A DNA stretch of 64,000 nucleotides from Histomonas meleagridis 2922-C6/04-290x. Taxonomy: Eukaryota > Protista > Parabasalia. How positions within the stretch are numbered: the stretch's first letter is position 1; each line of letters opens with the position of its first letter. A model generated the notes under the pieces. It saw only the letters and a program-made list of their open reading frames with translations, had not been told where the DNA came from and did not search any database. The stretch is from positions 50,862 to 114,861 of the forward strand of contig JAANOX010000195.1 of NCBI GenBank assembly GCA_020184695.1, in the 5' to 3' direction. Positions 29,663-38,989 of the stretch are shown one piece after another. Made by a program: the position numbers and the translations under genes.

Positions 29663-32425
29663 TATGTGCTACTGAAAGAGGATACACTGAAATCGTTAAA
29701 TTACTTCTTGAACAAGAAGGAATTGATGTTAATGCAAACATTTCTTTGTTTTGTTTAATATTTATTTTAATAATTATGGGATATTTCAAAATAATATTTG
29801 GAAATTATTTAAATTATTTAATACAGCGCTTATTTATGCATCTGATTTTGGTTATATAGAAATCGTTAAATTACTTCTTAAACAAGAAAGAATTGATGTT
29901 AATGCTAAAGATATTTATTTGTTCTATTTAAAATTTATTTTAATAAATTAATATTTCAAAATAATACTTGGAAATTATATAAAATATTTAATACAGCACT
30001 TATTTATGCATCTGAAAATGGTCATATAGAAATAGTTAAATTACTTCTTAAACAAGAAGGAATTGATGTTAATGCTAAAGATATTTATTTGTTTTATTTA
30101 TAATTTATTTAAATATTTTGAAATTTCAAAATAATATTTGGAAATTATTTAAATTATTTTGTAATGCACTTATGACCGCATCAGAAAATGGACATATAGA
30201 AATAGTTAAATTACTTCTTGAACAAGAAGGAATTGATGTTAATGCAAACATTTCTTTGTTTTGTTTAATATTTATTTTAATAATTTTGGGATATTTCAAA
30301 ATAATATTTGGAAATTATTTAAAATATTTAATACATCACTTATATTAGCATCTGAAAATGGACATATAGAAATAGTTAAATTACTTCTTAAACAAGAAAG
30401 AATTGATATTAATGCTAAAAACATTTATTTATTTTACTTAGAATTTATTTTAATAATTTTGGATTTCAAAATAATATTTGGAAATTATTTAAATTATTTG
30501 ATACAGCACTTATATTAGCATCTGCTAATGGTTATACAGAAATAGTACAATTACTTTTTGAACAAGAAGGAATTGATATTAATGCTAAAGATATTTATTT
30601 ATTTTACTTAGAATTTATTTAAATATTTTGAAATTTCAAAATAATATTTGGAAATTATTTAAATTATTTGATACAGCACTTATATTAGCATCTGCAAATG
30701 ATTATACAGAAATAGTTAAATTGCTTCTTAAACAAGAAGGAATTGATGTTAATGCAAACATTTCTTTGTTTTGTTTAATATTTATTTTAATAATTTTGGG
30801 ATATTTTAAAATAATATTTGGAAATTATTTTAAATATTTAATACAGCACTTATGAATGCATCTGAAAATGGTCATATAGAAATAGTACAATTACTTCTTA
30901 AACAAGAAGGAATTGATATTAATGCTAAAGATATTTATTTATTTTACTTAGAATTTATTATAATAATTTGATATTTCAAAATAATATTTGGAAATTATTT
31001 AAATTATTTAATACAGCACTTATATTAGCATCTGAAAATGGTCATATAGAAATAGTTAAATTACTTCTTAAACAAGAAGGAATTGATATTAATGCTAAAG
31101 ATATTTATTTGTTTTATTTATAATTTATTTTAATAATTTGATATTTCAAAATAATATTTGGAAATTATTTAAAATATTTAATACAGCACTTATATTAGCA
31201 TCTGCAAATGATTATACAGAAATAGTTAAATTGCTTCTTAAACAAGAAGGAATTGATGTTAATGCAAACATTTCTTTGTTTTGTTTAATATTTATTTTAA
31301 TAATTTTGGGATATTTTAAAATAATATTTGGAAATTATTTAAATTATTTAATACAGCGCTTATTTATGCATCTAAAAATGTTCATATAGAAATAGTACAA
31401 TTACTTCTTAAACAAGAAGGAATTGATGTTAATGCTAAAGATATTTATTTATTTTACTTAGAATTTATTTTAATAATTTGATATTTCAAAATAATATTTG
31501 GAAATTATTTAAAATATTTAATACAGCACTTATATTAGCATCTGCAAATGATTATACAGAAATAGTTAAATTGCTTCTTGAACAAGAAGGAATTGATATT
31601 AATGCCAAAGATAATATTTATTTTAATAATTTTGGGATATTTTAAAATAATTGGAAATTATTTAAATTATTTAATACAGCACTTATGCTTGCATCAGAAA
31701 ATGGACATATAGAAATAGTTAAATTACTTCTTAAACAAGAAGGAATTGATATTAATGCTAAAGATATTTATTTGTTCTATTTAAAATTTATTTAAATATT
31801 TTGAAATTTCAAAATAATATTCGGAAATTATTGAAATGATTTGATACAGCACTTATTTTAGCATCTGAAAATGGTCATATAGAAATAGTTAAATTACTTC
31901 TTAAACAAGAAGGAATTGATGTTAATGCTAAAGATATTTATTTGTTTTATTTATAATTTATTTAAATATTTTGAAATTTCAAAATAATATTTGGAAATTA
32001 TTTAAATTATTTGATACAGCACTTATTTTAGCATCTGATGAAGGTCATATGGAAATAGTAAACTTACTTCTTAAACAAGAAGGAATTGATATTTTTACTG
32101 AGAATATTTGTTTTTCTAATTTTGGGTTTATTTTCTTGATATGATATACCAAAGTAGTATTTAAAGTTTATTTAAATTATTTCAGCATTCATTTTAGCAT
32201 CTAAAAATAGGCGTATAGAAATAGTTAAATTACTTTTTGAACAAAAAGGAATTGATATTATTACTAAAAATATTTATTTGTTTTAATAATTTGCTGTTTC
32301 AGGGTAATATTTGGAAATTATTAAAAATATTTAACATAGTTCTTACATTAGCAGTTTTTAGTTTTCACAAAGAAGTTGTTAAATTACTTGTTGAAAATAA
32401 AGAAATCAATTTGTTAACAGCATTT
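29621..32425 (+). repeat. Ankyrin tandem array 1: 17 stop-free ~90-nt modules separated by frame-breaking AT-rich spacers, period 170 nt
   Basis: Module starts (Thr position) counted at 29653, 29823, 29993, 30163, 30333, 30503, 30673, 30843, 31013, 31183, 31353, 31523, 31676, 31846, 32016, 32182, 32336; consensus TALIxASENGHIEIVKLLLKQEGIDxNAKD. Confidence 0.95.
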
Positions 32426-32503
32426 CAAATTGCATTGAAAATAGGCATGAAAGATATTATTGATATTTTGAATAATATAGATAGAATTGATAAAAGTAAA
32501 TAA

Positions 32504-32761
32504 ATAAATCAGTTGGAAAAATCACTTGATGGTTTTGAGCAAACAGAAATTAATTTTTCACATCACAAAAGTTATTTTTTGTGTTGTACATGTGGAATAC
32601 TTTCTCCTAATGGTATATGTGAAGGATGTGCAAGAGTTTTTCATTACGGACATGAGTTGGTAGAAGTTAATAGAAAATAAGGATCAGAATTTTTCTGTGA
32701 TGGCACTAGTGTCTGCCTAACTCCATGTAAGCAGATGAAAAATTGTCGTAGAAAACAGTAA
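32504..32761 (+). pseudogene. Degenerate UBR-box-like zinc finger in frame with, and just past, the ankyrin stop
   Basis: Translates FLCCTCGILSPNGICEGCARVFHYGHELVEVNRK*GSEFFCDG; internal TAA at 32678-32680. Confidence 0.62.
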
Positions 32762-33073
32762 AAAAGATGATCTGTTTTTGATAAGTCAAACAATATAATT
32801 GCTATAGATACAACTTTAAATGATTGATTAAAAAAATTGAAAGACATATTATCCATGTTTTTAATTAAATGAATTTTGGACCTATTCAGATGGAATATTC
32901 CATATTTTAATATAAAGACATTATTCAAACCTATTCAGTAAATTTTTGACAAGATGGATTCTTTTGGATTAAGCTTAAATTACAAATTCATTTAAGAAAA
33001 TATTTCCATGAAAACCTGTACATTGCTTTTTTTTTGAACGTTAATTGACACTTTTCCTTCAAATCAGAAAAAA

Positions 33074-33328
33074 ATGAATGAAACCACAGATTCATTGGTT
33101 TCAATTATACATGAGCCTTTAGAACCAACAGAGCAAAGCATTCTAGAATTAGAGTATTTTTATTTTCTAATTTCCAGGCAAGCACAGAATGAATGTTTAG
33201 AATCAATAGAAAATCTTCATCTTACAGAATTTGACGAACTTAGGGAAGCAGTATGTTTTATTTTTAACTCCAGATATCCAAAATTCCAAGTTACATTAAA
33301 AAAATTCATACTATACAAGAAACCATGA
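33074..33328 (+). CDS. Short ORF, possibly a truncated gene fragment
   Basis: ATG after ACACTTTT Inr-like motif; 84 aa; no family recognised. Confidence 0.35.
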   Translation: MNETTDSLVSIIHEPLEPTEQSILELEYFYFLISRQAQNECLESIENLHLTEFDELREAVCFIFNSRYPKFQVTLKKFILYKKP

Positions 33329-33472
33329 ACGAATGTAACACACTTGTTGAAAAAATAAAAAAGCATGTAGCTAAGATTCCTGATGCAAAGTAAAGTATCC
33401 TTGTAATTAAACAAGTTTTTTTAGTTATTTGTTTTATAAACAAACCTAGTCAATTATAATGACACTTTTCCA

Positions 33473-35278
33473 ATGAAGGATTCTTCGATTCTAGATGTTT
33501 GTGGAAAATTTATGTGGGATAAATCAACAGAAACATATCTAAAATCCCACTTAAATTCAAGCACTCATCTTTTGAATCTAGCAACAAATCATATTGGTCC
33601 TGGTAGTGCAGATATTATTACATCAATGATGAAGTACGAATCCAGTAATCTTGAAGAACTCGTTTTTGATCAATGCCGTCTTACAGTCGAATCTTCAATG
33701 AAAATATTCGATGCGCTTCCTCAATCCAAAGTTACATATCTTTCAATGAACCAAAATGTGCTTACTCTTGAAGCATGTCAAAAATTTGCAGAAATACTGA
33801 ATCAAGATCCTGTCCTTCAATTTGTAAGTTTTGCTGGATGTGATATTCCTGCTGATGGTTGTGTAGCCATTGCTAAATCACTTCCCAATACAACTCATCT
33901 CGAAATTCTTATACTTGATTCCAACTGTATATTTGACAAAGGAGTCATTAAAATTGCCAAATATCTATCACGTTCATCACTTAAAGAGTTATCAATTAGT
34001 GATAATCATGTTTGGAAAGAAGGCACCAATTCTTTACTCAAAGCCATTATTGATTCACCTAATGTTGTTTCATTAGATATTTCCTATAACATTGTTGATT
34101 TAGCATATTTAGCAGAATGTCTTTCATCCTCATCAATTCGCAATCTTTCAATTACCGGGTGTAAAGTCAGCAAATCACAAATATTCCTATTCCTTGAAAG
34201 TCTAGGTCGTTCTAACCTTCATACATTAATTGTTGAAGGAATGAACCTTGAGTCACAACTTCCCATCTCATGGCCGCACGTTAAGGACACGTTATGGGCC
34301 GATGGCCCACTTTTTATGAAGTTTACATCGATGATTAATTCGAGTAAAACCCTTGATGATGTTAGACTTGGTTTTATCGATTTAAATTGTATTAGCATTT
34401 TTAAGAAAGCCATTTCCAAAGAAGTGATTATCTCTATGAATGATTTTGGGCGAACTGAAAATACGTGGGTCATACATTTACCCGAATTTAATGTCGAATC
34501 ACCACTTCCTATTTTACAATGGAATTCGCCCATTCGAAAAGATGAATCTATTGTGTTACTTGATATTTTTAAAAACACAACATTCCAAGGAGAACCATTA
34601 GATTCATTAAGTGTTACTAATTCTGATTTAAATGATCAAACACTTCAAGAACTATTCAGTAATTTCCATGGAATTAATCTTCGGGTTTTAGATATGTCCA
34701 ATAATTCTTTTAGTGATAATTCTGTTGAATCCATTCTTAAGTATTTAAATGAAACAAACATTGAACATTTAATACTTAATAAAACAAATATCACAGAAGT
34801 TGGTTACAAAATACTTTTTTCGAATTTGGAAAAGATTCCTTATACAATTGTATTCTCATTTGAAACACTAAATAATGATGAAGCTTTTACACATGAATTC
34901 TTTAATGACTTAGCAAATTTGATCGAAAATGATCCGCAACTTGAAGAAATGACAATAAATGGATTTGTCACATCAAGCGATTTATTATTAATATTTGCAA
35001 AAATGAAAAAGAATTCGCATCTAAAAAAGTTAATTATCGAAACAGAAATCCCAGATGAGTATAAAGTACCAAACCCTCAGATATTACCTGAGGTACAGGA
35101 AGGTTATAATGCTATGGTGGATGCTTTATATCATGCGCTGTGTGATGAGGATTCGATGTGCGTGTTAAACACTTTTAAGTTCCAAATGTTGACTTCAGTT
35201 TACTTGTTTAGTGATGCGATTTTGAACCTTTGGGGAGAAATTGAAACTAAATTGGAAAGTAATAATGAATTGGAATAA
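33473..35278 (+). CDS. RNI-like leucine-rich repeat protein
   Basis: Repeated LxxLxLxxNxI units (LNLATNHIG, LILDSNCIFDKG, LSISDNHVWKEG, LDISYN, LDMSNN). Confidence 0.85.
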   Translation: MKDSSILDVCGKFMWDKSTETYLKSHLNSSTHLLNLATNHIGPGSADIITSMMKYESSNLEELVFDQCRLTVESSMKIFDALPQSKVTYLSMNQNVLTLEACQKFAEILNQDPVLQFVSFAGCDIPADGCVAIAKSLPNTTHLEILILDSNCIFDKGVIKIAKYLSRSSLKELSISDNHVWKEGTNSLLKAIIDSPNVVSLDISYNIVDLAYLAECLSSSSIRNLSITGCKVSKSQIFLFLESLGRSNLHTLIVEGMNLESQLPISWPHVKDTLWADGPLFMKFTSMINSSKTLDDVRLGFIDLNCISIFKKAISKEVIISMNDFGRTENTWVIHLPEFNVESPLPILQWNSPIRKDESIVLLDIFKNTTFQGEPLDSLSVTNSDLNDQTLQELFSNFHGINLRVLDMSNNSFSDNSVESILKYLNETNIEHLILNKTNITEVGYKILFSNLEKIPYTIVFSFETLNNDEAFTHEFFNDLANLIENDPQLEEMTINGFVTSSDLLLIFAKMKKNSHLKKLIIETEIPDEYKVPNPQILPEVQEGYNAMVDALYHALCDEDSMCVLNTFKFQMLTSVYLFSDAILNLWGEIETKLESNNELE

Positions 35279-35509
35279 ATATAAACAAAATTATTTTATT
35301 TGATAAATAAATGATATAAATAATATTTTTTTTTTAAATAAACAAAATGAATTTTTTTTTTCATTTATAAAGTAAAAAGTGACTGTTAAAGATAAACTTC
35401 AACGAAAAACAAAAACATTTCTCAAATAAATTTCCAAAAAATTAATAAACAGATTAAAAACGTCCTCGATGAAATTAGTGAACAAAGTAATGAAGGCGAA
35501 AGCAACTTA

Positions 35510-36850
35510 ATGGAACCAAAATTTCATCTTCATTATCTCCAACTTCGTGATTTAGGAATTGCACTTGATACACTACTCGATAAAGAACCTCCAAGTGATG
35601 ATAATCCTAAAGTTGTTGGGGGACAAGCATTAATCACAAAAATTACAACCAAATATTTAGAAAAAAGATTTAACATTTTCAAAACATATAATCAACCAAA
35701 AATTGACCAACTTTACTTTGGGCAAATATGTCTATTGAAAGAGCCAGATTCAAAGATATCATTAGTCGTTATTACAAATCAAGTCAAAAAAGACGTATAC
35801 AAAGTCTACCACCTTAATTCTCGCCTCAGTTTTTCATATGGATGCCCACATGATCTTCTACTATTTGAACATTTTGATCATTCCGAAGTTTCCATTGGTA
35901 CTAAGGCCTATGGAATCGTTTTTCATAGCTCCAGAAACAACTACGAGATCATCAGTGGCACTATTACCTTGATTTCTGATGATGGAATATTTTCTATTCA
36001 AACGGACACCTCATTAATTCCCATTGAAAAAAGGTTTATAGCACTCACTGAGTCACCGTTTCCTTTTGATCAACAGAACGAAGACGAAAAGAACAATGTT
36101 TGCAATGAAAAAGAAGTAAAAGCAAATCGAAAAAGTAAAAAAGCGAATCGCTTCAAAGGCAAACGAAAGCACGAAATGCAAAACGTAAACCAAGAAGCAG
36201 AAGAAGCCAATGAAAATACAGAGCAAACTTCTCCGACAGATAATATTTCCGATCAAAATGAAAATAATCTTCAGCAACAACAACAACAACAAAATGAATT
36301 TTTTAATATTCCACAAGTTTCCATATTACAAAATGAACAAACACAGAATGAAACAGACTTTGAAGAAACAAGTTTAAATCAAAGTTCATTTTTTAAATGG
36401 GAAACACAAAATAAGGAAAACATCACAAACGAAAATAACCAAATTAAATACATGACGCAAAAGATACAAACTATATCCAGTGAAGAAGAAGAAAATATTA
36501 AAAGTTCTCCTGTGAAATATATGTCACAGAAAGTACAAGTTGATCCGAATGAAGAAATCGTGCAAAAGTTAACAACAAAGAATAACAACGATTCGGGCAT
36601 GATGAAAGGATCGCAAACACTTTCTATTATGAAAGGTAATGAAAATAAAGATGAAGAATTATCTGTGGAAAGTAAAGAAAATAAGAACGATTCATTAGCG
36701 AATAAACAAATGCAACAGATGCCAAATACATTAAGCATGACAAAAGAAAAAGAACTGATAAATGAATATCTGTCGACAATAATGAAAAGTATCTTAAAAG
36801 AAAAAGGAAATAACCAATCAACAGATGATAATTTGTCACCAGATAATTAA
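35510..36850 (+). CDS. Hypothetical protein with low-complexity E/N/Q-rich C-terminal half
   Basis: 446-aa ATG-initiated ORF; beta-rich N-terminus; poly-Q stretch. Confidence 0.65.
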   Translation: MEPKFHLHYLQLRDLGIALDTLLDKEPPSDDNPKVVGGQALITKITTKYLEKRFNIFKTYNQPKIDQLYFGQICLLKEPDSKISLVVITNQVKKDVYKVYHLNSRLSFSYGCPHDLLLFEHFDHSEVSIGTKAYGIVFHSSRNNYEIISGTITLISDDGIFSIQTDTSLIPIEKRFIALTESPFPFDQQNEDEKNNVCNEKEVKANRKSKKANRFKGKRKHEMQNVNQEAEEANENTEQTSPTDNISDQNENNLQQQQQQQNEFFNIPQVSILQNEQTQNETDFEETSLNQSSFFKWETQNKENITNENNQIKYMTQKIQTISSEEEENIKSSPVKYMSQKVQVDPNEEIVQKLTTKNNNDSGMMKGSQTLSIMKGNENKDEELSVESKENKNDSLANKQMQQMPNTLSMTKEKELINEYLSTIMKSILKEKGNNQSTDDNLSPDN

Positions 36851-36984
36851 TAAATTTGTACTTCATTTAAATTTTTGGATAATTTATAAATTTGTTACCA
36901 AAATGAATTTTTGTGTTTTTTAATTGTTGTGTAATTATTTTGAATACTTTACAATTTAACGTATTTTCTTGATCAGTTCACTTT

Positions 36985-38289
36985 ATGCTGAATGAAAACC
37001 CTTTCTTAAGACAAACCGTAAATAAGAATCAAAATAATGAATCCCCATGGGAATCTGTACGAATCCGTAAAAAGAAATATAATCCTCCACCAAATCAAAG
37101 CAATATCAACCCAAATATTAATATTAATCCACCACAAGAAAAATCATTCCAACAAGTAACGCCCCATGTTGCTATAGGCGCTGGTCCAATATTAGGTGAT
37201 GCTAATGAATTTTTGGAATTGATAAAAGATGTTTTAAAGAAAAATTCTATTCAATTTCCAAATCAAATAGACTTATATCCAGGAGGATTTTGGATTATGC
37301 TTATGGATGATTTTGAGTCCAGAAAAAAGCTACTTCAAATGAATGGAACAAATAATATAATTTTTTCAGGAATTGATCTTAGATTTGGTGCACAAATTGC
37401 AGACACTCTTTTGCCAATTCTTCCAATGAGGATTCATGACAATATTCTAGATCTTTCTGATTTTCCCTATTCTTTCAATTTTGATCTTTTCAATAATTTT
37501 TCATTTATTATGTTTTTTTCAGCTATATACTGCATACGAAACAAAAACAAAATCGAAAAGATATATTTTATTAATGAATTAATGACCAAACCAAATATTC
37601 ACGATTTTCGATATCTCAGATATTATTTTCCTTTTCTTCAAACTCTTGTTCTTCCTCTTGATGTAGATGTTACTGGTTTCAAACACATTCTTGATGTTCA
37701 AAATGTACAACTTATTCTTAGTAACGAAGTTTGTATACCTCCAAAAATAGTACAACCACAAAAAACATCATCATATCCATTTATTCCATTAACGAATCCC
37801 CAATCGTTAAATCTTAACAAGCTTTCTCTTAACGATTTCCCTGTAAAACCGTTTGACACTTTTGTTTATCCTCGTGCTGATTACGTTGGTAAATTTTTTG
37901 AATGTTTATGGACTGATATAAATTTGATAAAACCATTTTATAAGAATGCTTCTGTGTTTTCTGTTTCTGTGGCTTCACATGGTCCGTTTTCTCCACTTGA
38001 TTATTTTGATGGTTTTGCTCGGAATATGAAATGTTCAAATATAAAAGAAAATGTTCTTATTGGTGCTGATATGATAACTGGGGGACAAATGAAAATGTTT
38101 AATGGGCATTTCTTTGCACATCCAAGTTCTTATAATGGACAAAAATTCTCAGATAATTTGGAAACTGTAGTTGTTCACGGAGTGTTTGGATTTGAAGAAA
38201 ATGTATTTGGATTCGATAGAGTGCTTGTGTTGGCCAACACGGGTGAATTATATATATCAAATGATCATATTTTCATTAGAAATATCTAA
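36985..38289 (+). CDS. NXF1/Mex67-like mRNA export factor (LRR-like plus NTF2-like domain)
   Basis: C-terminal VVVHGVFGFEE..FGFDRVLVL..LYISNDHIFIRN resembles the NXF NTF2-like domain; Inr TCACTTT just before ATG. Confidence 0.68.
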   Translation: MLNENPFLRQTVNKNQNNESPWESVRIRKKKYNPPPNQSNINPNININPPQEKSFQQVTPHVAIGAGPILGDANEFLELIKDVLKKNSIQFPNQIDLYPGGFWIMLMDDFESRKKLLQMNGTNNIIFSGIDLRFGAQIADTLLPILPMRIHDNILDLSDFPYSFNFDLFNNFSFIMFFSAIYCIRNKNKIEKIYFINELMTKPNIHDFRYLRYYFPFLQTLVLPLDVDVTGFKHILDVQNVQLILSNEVCIPPKIVQPQKTSSYPFIPLTNPQSLNLNKLSLNDFPVKPFDTFVYPRADYVGKFFECLWTDINLIKPFYKNASVFSVSVASHGPFSPLDYFDGFARNMKCSNIKENVLIGADMITGGQMKMFNGHFFAHPSSYNGQKFSDNLETVVVHGVFGFEENVFGFDRVLVLANTGELYISNDHIFIRNI

Positions 38290-38559
38290 AATGTATATAT
38301 TTTTCATGAATGAATTTAAATTTTTATATTTATGTTTCACTGTTTATTCGATTAATCGAATTATTAATGTTTAGCATGAAAATCATTGAGCTTTATCATA
38401 ATTGTAATTATTGGTGAGGAAGAAATCAAAACCTTTGAATATTCCAATATTTTGTGTATATTCATGTTCTTGTAATTTCATGAAATCAAAAACATGTTAG
38501 CAATGATAAATGAAAAATATTATAAAAAAACATAAAAATAAATTTATTGAACAAAAAAA

Positions 38560-38904
38560 TTAGTTAAAACGTGTACGAAATGCCCAGACTGAAGCTATGC
38601 ATTGCATAGATTCATTGGCCCATTTAGTAGTAATTTTTGTGTCATTTTGAGAATCCCAAAATGCCATTTGACTTTCATGAATATGTTGACTAAAAGGACT
38701 TAGTATCATGCATTTAGCTATGAATTTATATTGAGGAGTATATTTATTTTTGAGCTTTTTAAGAATTTCTTTTACAATTGATGTACACCAACTTTCAACA
38801 CTACTTTTCTCAAATTCTTTCCCATTTAGATTTTTGTGTATTGATGATTGGGCAACGACTTGCATTGTTTTCATTATTTCAGGGGAATCTGGTTCGCTCG
38901 CCAT
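38560..38904 (-). CDS. Tctex-1 family dynein light chain
   Basis: SWCTSIVKEILKKLK, YKFIAKCMI, FWDSQND, WANESMQCIASVWA. Confidence 0.9.
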   Translation of the reverse strand: MASEPDSPEIMKTMQVVAQSSIHKNLNGKEFEKSSVESWCTSIVKEILKKLKNKYTPQYKFIAKCMILSPFSQHIHESQMAFWDSQNDTKITTKWANESMQCIASVWAFRTRFN

Positions 38905-38989
38905 CCACCCAATTAATAGGGTGCACCGTCAATAACGGTCTCTTTGATAACGGTCGCTTCTTTTTGGGTCTACCCCAAATTTTTTTTAA

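Noticed and set aside
29889-29997. Canonical GT-AG intron ending at the tempting TTTAATACAG of the TAL codons
   Set aside because: It would remove the conserved Thr. Available GTs (GAT|GTT phase 0, TT|GT phase 2) do not give the phase 1 needed, and several modules lack the AG (ACT CCG, AAT GCA, ACA TCA, ACC GCA, ACT CCA).
29621-32335. CRISPR-like array (regular repeat and spacer)
   Set aside because: Eukaryotic context; both parts of the unit are homologous between copies, the conserved part encodes ankyrin, and no cas genes are present.
29621-32335. Uniform programmed -1 frameshift per unit
   Set aside because: No conserved in-frame slippery heptamer; stops close both frames in some units; spacers of 63, 64, 76 and 100 nt need different shifts.
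29635-32503. The many 65-90 aa ORFs over the ankyrin arrays as separate genes
   Set aside because: They are chimeras of one module with spacer read-through, several starting at non-ATG codons.
32501-32680. Stop-codon reassignment (TAA read as sense)
   Set aside because: Conserved genes such as RPL23, RPL11 and PDI end at TAA and long ORFs have no internal stops.
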